A stretch of 64,000 nucleotides of DNA from an uncultured Chloroflexia bacterium (lineage in GTDB: Bacteria; Chloroflexota; Anaerolineae; JAAYZQ01). Location: NCBI GenBank assembly GCA_963700285.1, contig CAVOXA010000014.1, positions 800,001 to 864,000 of the forward strand, read 5' to 3'. The position numbers and the translations under genes are program-made. Shown one piece after another: positions 48,219 to 57,722 of the stretch (positions within the stretch are counted from its first letter, which is position 1; every line of letters starts with the position of its first letter). The notes beneath the pieces are model-generated. The model saw only the letters and a program-made list of their open reading frames with translations, was not told the origin of the DNA and did no database searches.

Positions 48219-49160
48219 TCACTGGTCCTGTTGCTGCCCGCCTGAAAACAGGCCGTGCCGTCCCTGCCAGACCTTGATTCGCGTACCACGCTTGATCCAG
48301 AAGGACAGGCGCTCCGCATTGTGCCCGCGCCGAACAAAGGCCCGCTGAAGGGATCGCTGCATCTGAATCCACAGCCCCTGCAAGGTAGGCAGCCGCTCTA
48401 CCTCCCGATGCACTCTCACCAGCAAGTGTGCCAGCCTCTTGTGCGCGAAATCCGGATCGTTTCGGATTTCAGCCATGAGGCGTGGTTGCATGGTAGCCTC
48501 AGAGTAGTCGGTCCCGCTGTCTATGTCATAGATCATGAGTACCGTCAGCATAGGCGCAAGGACAAAGCGCTTGGCGCGGCTCTCTGCGCGCCTGAAATAC
48601 TCAATGCGTGGAAAGAGGTATGTCTCACTGGGCTGCTTCCAATATCCGATATCATCGACGACATCTCGACGGTGCATGGTTGCAGAAGCATGCGGCGGGA
48701 GAGGCGCATGGGGATAGGCGGGAATCTCCACGCGGCTGTAACCATTGGGCTGGACCACCTCCAGAATGGAAAAGACAAAGTCAGCACCGCTCTCCTCGAT
48801 ACAATCCACGAGGACCTGCAGATGATTGGGCAGCCACAGGTCGTCATGGTTGAGATAGGCAATGTACTCGCTCCTGGCGCGGCGCAAGCCCTCGTTGTTC
48901 GGCGCCGATTGATAACCCGAATTCCGAGGCAAATTATGCCAAAATACCCTGGGATCCCCGTAGGCCGTGACAATCTCCTCGGTGTCATCGGTACAAGCAT
49001 CGCCAATCACCCAAAGCTCAAAGTCAGCGAAGGTCTGCCACAATACACTGTCGATGGCATAGCGCAAAGCGCTGCTCTTGTTATAGGTTGCCATGACAAC
49101 CGTCACCTTTGGTACTGGGAAAGTCATTCCAAGCCTCCAGAGCTTTGCCATCACTTCCAC
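48219..49160 (-). CDS. Glycosyltransferase family 2
   Basis: VTVVMATYN, IDSVL.QT, GDACTD, N.GL..A..EYIAYLNHDD; start may be ATG 49127. Confidence 0.88.
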   Translation of the reverse strand: MEVMAKLWRLGMTFPVPKVTVVMATYNKSSALRYAIDSVLWQTFADFELWVIGDACTDDTEEIVTAYGDPRVFWHNLPRNSGYQSAPNNEGLRRARSEYIAYLNHDDLWLPNHLQVLVDCIEESGADFVFSILEVVQPNGYSRVEIPAYPHAPLPPHASATMHRRDVVDDIGYWKQPSETYLFPRIEYFRRAESRAKRFVLAPMLTVLMIYDIDSGTDYSEATMQPRLMAEIRNDPDFAHKRLAHLLVRVHREVERLPTLQGLWIQMQRSLQRAFVRRGHNAERLSFWIKRGTRIKVWQGRHGLFSGGQQQDQ

Positions 49161-50450
49161 TCAGGCGGACTCAGCGACGGCCTGCTCCTTCGCCTTGAAG
49201 TACAGGGCAAAGTCAAGACGGTGGGGATCATAGGTCACATCCGACAGAAGAATCTTGCTATCCTTGGGTACGTTCCGCTTCAATACGACATCTTTGGCGA
49301 GGCAGATGGGCAAGCCAGGAGACTGGCCCTGGTCCGCGCAGTTCTCTATCAGGCCATAGCATGCGTACCCACCAACCCCATCCAATGTTGTGCCCTGCGG
49401 CAGGTCTTTCTTAGCGTAGGCATAAACATTCGTCCGGAAGCCAGCGCTTGGCTGGATGACGGCTCTGCCTTTGAGGGCAGCGTCTACGACACAGGCCAGG
49501 GCCTCGATATGACCGAGATGATAGGGGCGGTAGAACAGATAGAATGGACCTGGCCCCATCTTGGGCGGGAACCAATCCAGAGTGAACTGCTGGAACTCGT
49601 GCTCCGTGTAGCCAATAGCAAAGACCCCACCCGTTGGCTGCGCGCCAAGCACATAGTCGACCACGGCTTGCCTGTTGCGCCACAGAGTTTTGAAATCATA
49701 AAGCTGGAATACGTCATGCACGTGACTGCACCTCGGCCCATACATGCCTGGAACAGCAGTCCTAAGGCCCAAGGCATTGGCCACTACCGCCATCTCGACA
49801 CAAAGCTTGGTTCCGTCGGTGTATGAGGCACACATCTGATAGTCGAGGTTGCGCTTGTCAGCTTCTGGAGCAATCGAGATAGGGTCGGCATAGCGGTCCA
49901 GGTAGCCCTTGATGTTGCCCGCCATGACCAGATCAAATCGCCAAAAGCAGAGATCATCGATCAGTCTCTTGACCACGGCTGGCTGATCTCCATCGCACCC
50001 CGTATACACCAGCCCAAGCGTTCGCGCCTTTGAGAGTAGGAGAGGACCGAACATCAAGTCCGCCTCATAGTTCATCATCACCACGTGCTGGCCATGTTCC
50101 AGCGCAGTCAGAGCATGGTCGCCACCGGCTGGTATTGAACTGGTCGCCTCGAGGAACACATCTACACATTCACACTGAGCGAGGAACTTGCCATTCTCAC
50201 AGATTGCCAACTTGCCACGGCGGATAGTGTCGTGCACAGACCCCAGATCATGCGCGACTTCATAGTCCAGATTCAGCCACTCTGCACAGCCGATGGCTCG
50301 CTCGATCTGGGTATCTGCGATCGCCACACTGCGTATGCCGGGTGTCAAATTGCATTGAAAGACAAGGCCTTTGCCAATCGAACCGATGCCAGCGATTGCG
50401 ACTCGAATATCTGTCTCAAGGGATCGTAACTCGACCAGTCTGTCCACCAT
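49161..50450 (-). CDS. Homoserine-dehydrogenase-like NAD(P) oxidoreductase with C-terminal SAF domain
   Basis: IAGIGSIG, HVVMMN.EAD, GDQP, DGTK, YRPYHL, AKKDL..G..LDG.GGY..YG, LPI.LA. Confidence 0.85.
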   Translation of the reverse strand: MVDRLVELRSLETDIRVAIAGIGSIGKGLVFQCNLTPGIRSVAIADTQIERAIGCAEWLNLDYEVAHDLGSVHDTIRRGKLAICENGKFLAQCECVDVFLEATSSIPAGGDHALTALEHGQHVVMMNYEADLMFGPLLLSKARTLGLVYTGCDGDQPAVVKRLIDDLCFWRFDLVMAGNIKGYLDRYADPISIAPEADKRNLDYQMCASYTDGTKLCVEMAVVANALGLRTAVPGMYGPRCSHVHDVFQLYDFKTLWRNRQAVVDYVLGAQPTGGVFAIGYTEHEFQQFTLDWFPPKMGPGPFYLFYRPYHLGHIEALACVVDAALKGRAVIQPSAGFRTNVYAYAKKDLPQGTTLDGVGGYACYGLIENCADQGQSPGLPICLAKDVVLKRNVPKDSKILLSDVTYDPHRLDFALYFKAKEQAVAESA

Positions 50451-50655
50451 TGGATATACCTCACAGCGCACAGGTCACGAGCGCCACTTTCCAGACACAT
50501 CTACCAATACGGGCCCCTCGGCGGTCCGGAACAGCGCCGGGCTTTCCTCACTACGAACTCGAGAAGGGGGATACCGACACGGTCAGGTGCAAAACCTTGC
50601 CATCTCGCCCACTGGGTCCGCCATTGTGACACTTTCATCGATTACAGCCTGAGGC

Positions 50656-50763
50656 ATTCTAGCACAGTTTCGCCACGAGCGCAAAGCCTAGTTCTCACCC
50701 CATCGCGCAAAGGTGGTTGCCCTTTCAGTTTGGTTTGACCGGATGTTCCCGTTGGGGTATAAT
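50656..50763. promoter_or_regulatory. Divergent sigma70-like promoters
   Basis: Minus: TTGCGC-17-TAGAAT (50684-50656); plus: TTGACC-17-TATAAT (50735-50763). Confidence 0.6.
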
Positions 50764-50907
50764 GATCTCTAGCCTGCAGAAACAAGGGCAGTATTCCTGG
50801 GGATTCGGCATGATCCTTTCGTGCACTGTTGAACCAGACCGATGACCGAAGCTGGGAAGCATAGCCACCAAACAGGCAGGGCTCAGCGGGGAGACAGAGA
50901 GATATTT

Positions 50908-52863
50908 ATGCCAGATCGGAGACGACCAATCGTCATCCGCAACAGATATTTCGTGCTCAGTGACTTGCTCCTGACTGCAGTCTCAGCCGCGTTGAGCTTT
51001 GCAATTCGTTTGGATGGGCCACTTTTTTCGTTGTTCCTTCCCGTGTGCATTGCCTTCGTATTGATGGCCATCGCTATCAAGATCCCCATCTACTATGCCT
51101 TTGGGCTCTACCGTCGCTACTGGCGGTACGCAAGCGTCCACGAAATGCTCACCATTTTCGCCGCGACGACGGTGGCATCAGCCGTTCTGGCCATTCTCAT
51201 TATGTTGGTGATCCTCCCGTTGGGATGGTTTGCCAGGTTCCCCCGCTCTGTCCTCATTATTGACTGGCTTCTGAGCCTGTTCTTCATTGGCGGCATTCGC
51301 TTCTCAGTACGCTTCCTGGGAGAATTCGGGATCCTCAAGGACGGTGCTACTCCGATCCTTCAACGCAAAGCGCCACGTCGAGTACTGATTGTGGGCGCAG
51401 GCGAAGCTGGCGCAATGATTGTACGGGAGATGAGGAACAACCCGGCAGTGGGCATGGTACCGGTAGGCTATGTGGACGACAATCGAGCCAAAATCGGCAT
51501 GCGGATCCGCGATCTGCCAGTACTCGGTACGCGAGAGTCTATTCCCAAGCTGGTTCGTGAGCAAGAGATCGATGAGGTATTGATCGCCATGCCGACTGCA
51601 CCCGGCCTGGCAATTCGCGAGATCGCCAAGATCTGCGAGTCAGTGCCAGTTGATTTCAAGACCATTCCAGGCATGTACGAACTGCTCGACGGCCGTGTCA
51701 AAGTGAGCCAGATCCGTGATGTTCAGATCGAAGACTTGTTGCGGCGCGACCCGGTTCGTATCCAGGCAAATGACGCGTTCTATGTCCATGACAAGACCGT
51801 ATTGGTGACCGGGGCTGGTGGATCCATCGGCTCTGAACTGTGCAGGCAAGTCGCGTACCGCAGTCCCAAGCAAATCGTTCTCCTGGGACATGGCGAGAAC
51901 AGCATCTATCGCATTCACCAGGAATTAAAGTCCATGTTCCCGCAACTGGAGCTTTCTCCGACGATTGCCGATGTTCGGGATGAGGCCCGTCTCCATCGCC
52001 TTTTCCAAAACTTCCGTCCAGAAGTTATCTTTCATGCTGCGGCGCACAAGCATGTTCCCTTGATGGAACTCAACGTTGAAGAGGCCGTGTCCAACAACAT
52101 CTTGGGCACATGCAACGTTGTCAAGGTGGCAGAGCAGTCAGGTGCTGAGCGTTTTGTCCTCATCTCCTCAGACAAGGCGGTCAACCCTATCAACATCATG
52201 GGAGCGACGAAACGCATCGCCGAGATGGTGGTTCAAGACACGGCACTCCGTACAGAGCGTAACTTTGTGGCCGTTCGATTTGGCAATGTCCTGGGTAGCC
52301 GAGGCAGCGTCGTGCCGCTGTTCAAGCACCAGATCGCCGCTGGCGGACCTGTAACTGTGACACACCCAAAGATGGAACGGTATTTCATGACCATCCCGGA
52401 ATCGGTCTACCTCGTGCTCCAGGCAGCTGCACTGGGCCATGGCGGCGAGCTCTTTGTGCTCGACATGGGCGAGCCCGTGAGAATTGTGGATCTGGCCCGT
52501 GACTTGATCACCCTTTCGGGACTGCAACCTGATCGAGACATCGAGATCAGAATCACCGGCATGCGTCCGGGCGAGAAGCTCCAGGAGCGTCTCTTCCTCG
52601 AGGGTGAGAACTATGAAACGACGCAGCATGAAAAGATCTTTGTCTTCAAGGGGCCCCTCCCACTGGAGGGAGAACAGTTGCACGACGCGATAGAACGGCT
52701 CATTCAGCTATCACAGCGGGGTGGTTCGACGGCCAGCATTTGGACAGCAGTTCGTAATATTGTGCCCGAGTGCGGGATCGATCTAGATACGCCCCCCTTT
52801 GGCTCATTGGCTGACCTTCGACTCGACCCAAGTCCACGCCTTCGTGTACCATCAACCCCATAG
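50908..52863 (+). CDS. Membrane-bound UDP-GlcNAc 4,6-dehydratase (PglF/CapD family)
   Basis: N-terminal TMs; EDLLRR.P, TGAGGSIGSELCRQ, HAAAHKHVP, SSDKAVNP.NIMGATK, RFGNVLGSRGSV, RPGEKL. Confidence 0.93.
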   Translation: MPDRRRPIVIRNRYFVLSDLLLTAVSAALSFAIRLDGPLFSLFLPVCIAFVLMAIAIKIPIYYAFGLYRRYWRYASVHEMLTIFAATTVASAVLAILIMLVILPLGWFARFPRSVLIIDWLLSLFFIGGIRFSVRFLGEFGILKDGATPILQRKAPRRVLIVGAGEAGAMIVREMRNNPAVGMVPVGYVDDNRAKIGMRIRDLPVLGTRESIPKLVREQEIDEVLIAMPTAPGLAIREIAKICESVPVDFKTIPGMYELLDGRVKVSQIRDVQIEDLLRRDPVRIQANDAFYVHDKTVLVTGAGGSIGSELCRQVAYRSPKQIVLLGHGENSIYRIHQELKSMFPQLELSPTIADVRDEARLHRLFQNFRPEVIFHAAAHKHVPLMELNVEEAVSNNILGTCNVVKVAEQSGAERFVLISSDKAVNPINIMGATKRIAEMVVQDTALRTERNFVAVRFGNVLGSRGSVVPLFKHQIAAGGPVTVTHPKMERYFMTIPESVYLVLQAAALGHGGELFVLDMGEPVRIVDLARDLITLSGLQPDRDIEIRITGMRPGEKLQERLFLEGENYETTQHEKIFVFKGPLPLEGEQLHDAIERLIQLSQRGGSTASIWTAVRNIVPECGIDLDTPPFGSLADLRLDPSPRLRVPSTP

Positions 52864-52956
52864 ATGGCAGGGCATGCTCGAAGCTCTGATGTCCTCGTTC
52901 GATACAGTAGAGACCAGACTGGGTTCCGGTGAGGTCGGATTGCGCAGGGGCAGAGC

Positions 52957-54285
52957 GTGCTAGACCGAATCACTAGATGGCTGTCAGCGGGCGAGTTAGT
53001 GATCCTTCTGCTAGCGGGCCCGCTTTTTCTGCTTATCAGGCCCTCCTTCGCGCCCCTGCTTTTGCTCTTGCCATTGTTATGGATTGCTCGTTACCATAGC
53101 CGGGGTTACTTTGTCCCGCGCACCCCTGTCGACTGGCCAGTCCTGGGATTGATGGCCATGGCGTTGTTCAGCACCTGGGTCACGCCTGACTTTTCGTTCA
53201 GTTTCCGCAAAGTCGCCGGGTTGGTGTATGGGGTGGCAGTGTTCTATGCCATCGCAGAATGGGGCGAACGACGTCGAGACATCCAGTCAACAGCTGCTCT
53301 GGTTGGCGGCCTGGGCTGCGGCGCAGCAGCCCTGGCTCTGCTGGGTACAGAGTGGGTTGTCAAACTCCCAGTGCTCGACCGTATCATCTCTCGGCTGCCG
53401 GCAGTGATCAGAGGAATGCCTGGGGCCGAGACGGGGTTCAACCCCAACCAGGTATCTGGAGCACTGATCATGTTTCTGCCCGTACAAGTCGTTCTACTAT
53501 GGGGCGCGGTCTCTGAATCCAAAGCACGAGGGGGCAGGCACCTTTGGCTGGCCGTGGGTAGTGGGCTGGCACTGGCCTTGACCAGCTCTGTCATTCTGAT
53601 CGCCCAGTCGAGAGCCGCGTGGGCGGCCCTACTTGTTGGCCTGCTGGGCATGTGCGCCATTGAATTCAAGCGTTTTCGCCTCTTTCTTGCGCTGTCGTTC
53701 GTCGTCTGCGTTGTCATAGTTGCCCTCCTGTGGCCTACCGGGGCTGGTACATGGTTGGCCCAACAAGCGTGGACAGTCAGCCCCGGTGAGACATCATGGG
53801 CCGCACGCGTCGAACTATGGACACATGGGCTGTGGACAATCGCCGACCTTCCGTTGACCGGAACAGGCATGAACATCTTTCGGCGTATGGCGGGGAGCTC
53901 CTTTCCATTGTTCCATTTTGAGTATGGCAGAGATATCGGTCATTCCCATCAAGCGTACGTGCAGGTGGCGCTGGATCTCGGACTGCCGGGCTTGGTCTTT
54001 TACCTCGCTCTGCTATTTGGCGTCATCGCTGCGGGCTGGCAGTGCTTCAGGAGATGCGGCGACAGTTTCGCTCGCCACATGGCGCTCGCCGGCGTGACGG
54101 GAGTGGTGATCCATGCCATCTGGGGGTTTGCAGACGCCATCGCACTGGGGGCCAAGCAGAGCTTTCTCTGGTGGAGCATGCTGGCTCTGGTTGCCACGAT
54201 TGTCATCCGTGACAGGCGAGCGGACAAAGGCGAACCCATCCCAGAGTCCCAGCCAGCAATCAATCAGGAGCAAGCCCTTCGATGA
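52957..54285 (+). CDS. O-antigen ligase family protein (WaaL/O-OTase-like)
   Basis: FNPN, QSRAAW, R..LW, PLTGTG, HSHQ.Y.QVALDLG.PG. Confidence 0.85.
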   Translation: MLDRITRWLSAGELVILLLAGPLFLLIRPSFAPLLLLLPLLWIARYHSRGYFVPRTPVDWPVLGLMAMALFSTWVTPDFSFSFRKVAGLVYGVAVFYAIAEWGERRRDIQSTAALVGGLGCGAAALALLGTEWVVKLPVLDRIISRLPAVIRGMPGAETGFNPNQVSGALIMFLPVQVVLLWGAVSESKARGGRHLWLAVGSGLALALTSSVILIAQSRAAWAALLVGLLGMCAIEFKRFRLFLALSFVVCVVIVALLWPTGAGTWLAQQAWTVSPGETSWAARVELWTHGLWTIADLPLTGTGMNIFRRMAGSSFPLFHFEYGRDIGHSHQAYVQVALDLGLPGLVFYLALLFGVIAAGWQCFRRCGDSFARHMALAGVTGVVIHAIWGFADAIALGAKQSFLWWSMLALVATIVIRDRRADKGEPIPESQPAINQEQALR

Positions 54286-54584
54286 TAGACTGGTGGAACA
54301 TATTCACCCATTCCCTATGGATCGTGGGTCTGGCGGCAGCGCTGGCGATCGCGAGCTACTCCGATTGGTTGGCCTTGACTGAAAATGAAGGCTTTGGCAG
54401 CGCCGTGAGACGCTTGGCGCATAGCACAAGCTTTGCCTGTTCCATGGCTCTGGCTTCTGCAGGTGCCGGTCTTGGCATCGCGATTTGGTGGAAGCGTGTG
54501 CTTTGGCTGCTGCTGGCGACCGGCTTTACCGCCCTGGCAGCTAGAGCCTGGTCCAGCCATCGAAGGGATCCCCAGAGTGAGTGA
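54282..54584 (+). CDS. Small membrane protein
   Basis: 100 aa, ~3 hydrophobic segments; overlaps both neighbours. Confidence 0.65.
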   Translation: MIDWWNIFTHSLWIVGLAAALAIASYSDWLALTENEGFGSAVRRLAHSTSFACSMALASAGAGLGIAIWWKRVLWLLLATGFTALAARAWSSHRRDPQSE

Positions 54585-55662
54585 GCAAGCTGACGACCCA
54601 GTGAAACCGCATCAACCAGGCAGCTGGCTTCGGCGCGAATGGCGCCTGGTCGCAGGCCTAGGTCTCAGCGTCATCTGTCTCGTGCTTGCCGTGCGGGAGA
54701 TCTCTATAGAGGACCTAAAGACAGCGGTGTCCGCTGCCAAATGGGAATGGGTGGCCCTGGCCGTGGGCGTCGTAGTTGCCAGCAGCTCCCTGAAGGCTGT
54801 GCGTTGGCGGGTGCTATTCTTTCCGCAGAGGATCCCACTCGGTAGAACTTGGTCGGTTTTAATGATTGGCCAGATGCTGAACGCGCTGCTGCCCGCACGA
54901 GCTGGCGAAGTGGGCCGCATCTATCTGATAGGAGATAAAGATACGGTCAGCCATGCCTCCGCCCTTTCCACGGTAGTCGTGGAGAAAGTGGTTGACCTGG
55001 TGATGCTGACCCTGGCGTTTCTGATCGTGGCTCTGTGGCTGGCCACCACATCCACCAGATTTCCAGACTGGCTGCAAGATGCTGGCATTGGTCTAATCCT
55101 GCTGGCGGTTCTGGGACTAGCAGCGATTCTGCTGCTCATGCGCCTGGGCCATCGCATCTGGCGCCTTTTGCGCCGTGCTTTGAAGCCGGCTCCGACCCGA
55201 TGGATCGCTGCTGCAGATGCAGCAGCTGAACAAGCGATCTCGGCCCTGGGATCTCTGCAGTACAGCCAGGCGAGAATACAGATATGGAGTTGGTCCATCC
55301 TGATCTGGTTGTTGATGGCGCTGACCAACGCCCTCGTCTTTAGCGCATTCGACCTTGAACTGTCTCCCTACGTGGCCCTCCTCCTGTTGGTTGTCCTGAT
55401 GAGCGGCGTTGCCATGCCGCCCCTGCCAGGAAACCTGGGCGTTTTTGTGTATCTCTGCATCCTGGTACTGTCGCTTTTTGACGTTAACCGCGAGACGGCG
55501 CTAGTTTATGGCATCACACTCCAGATTGTTGCCTTTCTACCCCTGATTGCCATTGGTCTGGCCTGCATGTTCTGGGAAAACTGGCACGTGAGGCGCTCGC
55601 TAACAAGACCCGGGATAGACCAAGACAGCAATCACTCTGACTACCAGCCCAATACCCATTGA
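54577..55662 (+). CDS. Lysylphosphatidylglycerol synthase TM-region (UPF0104) flippase-like protein
   Basis: RWRVL, IGQMLN.LLPARAGE..R, VEKVVD, PGNLG. Confidence 0.85.
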   Translation: MSEQADDPVKPHQPGSWLRREWRLVAGLGLSVICLVLAVREISIEDLKTAVSAAKWEWVALAVGVVVASSSLKAVRWRVLFFPQRIPLGRTWSVLMIGQMLNALLPARAGEVGRIYLIGDKDTVSHASALSTVVVEKVVDLVMLTLAFLIVALWLATTSTRFPDWLQDAGIGLILLAVLGLAAILLLMRLGHRIWRLLRRALKPAPTRWIAAADAAAEQAISALGSLQYSQARIQIWSWSILIWLLMALTNALVFSAFDLELSPYVALLLLVVLMSGVAMPPLPGNLGVFVYLCILVLSLFDVNRETALVYGITLQIVAFLPLIAIGLACMFWENWHVRRSLTRPGIDQDSNHSDYQPNTH

Positions 55663-55734
55663 GCAGGGTCCGAACCGGCCTCCACCGGGTCGTGCGGGCG
55701 CATACGCTCACCCTGACACTTGATCGTGAGCCGT

Positions 55735-55763
55735 TTGACGAAACCAGGCTAACCTGCTAGACT
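55735..55763 (+). promoter_or_regulatory. Sigma70-like promoter
   Basis: TTGACG-17-TAGACT with TGn. Confidence 0.55.
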
Positions 55764-55846
55764 GCCTAACGATCAAGCCTACAGATTGTTCAGTCCAGGC
55801 TTTTTCGCCATTCTCGATCACCACTATCGCAGGATCAACAACTCAA

Positions 55847-56872
55847 ATGGATAACTCTTTCTGGCATAATCGTCGAGTTCTGATCACCGGGGGCGCCTCG
55901 TTCATCGGTTCCCACCTCACAGACTCCCTGGTTGGGCGCGGAGCCAAGGTACGCATCGTAGATGATCTGTCCAGCGGCCGCCTGGACAACATTCAACGGC
56001 ACCTGGCGACGGGCGACGTAGAGTTTGTGCGGGCGGATATCCGGGAACCCGGCGTCGCTCGACTGGTTGTACGGAACACCGACACCGTATTTCACCTGGC
56101 CGCCGATCATGGCGGTCGCGGGTACGTGGACCGGCATCAAGCCGGGCCAGCGTCAAATCTCTTTATGGCTGGCTCGGTTTTCTGGGAAGCCTACAGGGCG
56201 GGTGTGGGAAAGGTTATCTTTGCCTCATCGGGCTGCGTCTATCCCAACTTTGTGCAGAGCAACCCCAACGAGGAAATATATCTCACCGAGGACCTTGTCG
56301 AGCCGCCGTACGATGCTGACAATATGTATGGCTGGGCCAAGCTCATGAACGAGTTGGTGCTCAAGGCCTATTGTTGCGAGTATGGGCTGAAGGCTGCTTC
56401 GTGCCGTTACTTTACCGTTTACGGTCCGCGCGGCGTAGAGAATCACGCAGTGATTGCCATGATCGCCAGAGCCTTCATCCGTCAGAATCCCTTCGAGGTG
56501 TGGGGCGACGGCACCCAGGTCCGCAATTGGACCTACGTGGACGACATCGTGCAGGGCACGATCCTTGCCGCGGAGCGGATAGACGATGGTACCGCCGTGA
56601 ATCTGGGCACAATGGAGCGTATCCGGGTCATCGATGCTGTCAAGATAATCCTGGACTATGCGGGACTCGATGCAGACATCCGATACCTCCCCGATATGCC
56701 TACCGGCCCGCTAAACCGGGTGGCAGATAATTCGCTGGCCCGGAGCCTTTTGAACTGGGAGCCAGAGGTAGCCTTCCAGGACGGGGTTAAGCGGACTTTG
56801 GACTGGTACTTTGCCACCAAAGATCGGGAGCAGGTCCGAACAGTCCTGGAACGGATGCTGATGGAGCGCTAG
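55847..56872 (+). CDS. NAD-dependent epimerase/dehydratase (GDP-mannose 3,5-epimerase-like)
   Basis: GGASFIG, FHLAADHGGRGY, SSGCVYP, YGWAK, WGDGTQVR. Confidence 0.82.
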   Translation: MDNSFWHNRRVLITGGASFIGSHLTDSLVGRGAKVRIVDDLSSGRLDNIQRHLATGDVEFVRADIREPGVARLVVRNTDTVFHLAADHGGRGYVDRHQAGPASNLFMAGSVFWEAYRAGVGKVIFASSGCVYPNFVQSNPNEEIYLTEDLVEPPYDADNMYGWAKLMNELVLKAYCCEYGLKAASCRYFTVYGPRGVENHAVIAMIARAFIRQNPFEVWGDGTQVRNWTYVDDIVQGTILAAERIDDGTAVNLGTMERIRVIDAVKIILDYAGLDADIRYLPDMPTGPLNRVADNSLARSLLNWEPEVAFQDGVKRTLDWYFATKDREQVRTVLERMLMER

Positions 56873-56878
56873 CGGCTC

Positions 56879-57652
56879 GTGCAAAGACCAGCGCGTGTCA
56901 ATGTCTTGGGCGTAGGGGTCTGCGCCATCAACATGAAGATGGCGTTGGAGGTCATTCATGGGTGGCTGGCGCGGCAGGACGCCAACTATGTGTGTGTCAC
57001 GGGCGTCCATGGCGTGATGGAGAGCCAAAGGGATGAGACCCTGCGCCAGATTCACAACGAGGCCGGATTGGTCACGCCCGATGGGATGCCGCTGGTATGG
57101 CTGAGTCGATGGAAGGGCTTTGAGCACGCGGGCAGGGTCTACGGACCCGACCTGATGCTGGCCGTATGCGAGGCTTCTGCTGCGCGCGGTACCCGACATT
57201 TTTTCTTTGGAGGGGCAGAAGGCGTGGCCCAACAACTGGCGGACAACTTGCAAAGACGTATCCCCGGCCTGGCGGTCGCTGGGGCCTTTTCCCCTCCTTT
57301 TCATCCCCTGACACCTGAAAAAGATGCACAGATTGTGGACATGCTACGCGAGGCAAGGGCAGACGTGATCTGGGTTGGCCTTGGCACCCCGAAACAGGAA
57401 CGTTGGATGGCAGCCCACTGCGACCAGTTGCCGGGCTCAGTGATGATTGGCGTCGGGGCCGCCTTTGACTTCCATACAGGTCGAATGCGCCAGGCTCCGG
57501 AATGGATGCGGAGGAATGGGCTCGAATGGTTCTACCGCCTAATGACCGAACCCGGACGCTTGTGGCGGCGCTACCTGATCAACAACCCGCTGTTTGTGGG
57601 CCTGATTGTGGCCCAAGCACTAGGACTGCGCAAGTACTCGCTCGAGTCCTGA
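56879..57652 (+). CDS. WecB/TagA/CpsF family glycosyltransferase
   Basis: PDGMP, RVYGPDL, VGLGTPKQE, GVGAAFDF, GLEW.YRL..EP.RLWRRY. Confidence 0.93.
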   Translation: MQRPARVNVLGVGVCAINMKMALEVIHGWLARQDANYVCVTGVHGVMESQRDETLRQIHNEAGLVTPDGMPLVWLSRWKGFEHAGRVYGPDLMLAVCEASAARGTRHFFFGGAEGVAQQLADNLQRRIPGLAVAGAFSPPFHPLTPEKDAQIVDMLREARADVIWVGLGTPKQERWMAAHCDQLPGSVMIGVGAAFDFHTGRMRQAPEWMRRNGLEWFYRLMTEPGRLWRRYLINNPLFVGLIVAQALGLRKYSLES

Positions 57653-57722
57653 TGAGCAAGACCACCAGATTCCCAGAGGGGTATTGCGGCTCAAAGGCCT
57701 CAGTGACGAGGACAGGCAGGCA

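Noticed and set aside
48255-49826. 523-aa plus-strand ORF (similarly 9904..11217, 6249..7229, 3463..4551)
   Set aside because: Antisense to well-supported genes with clear family motifs.
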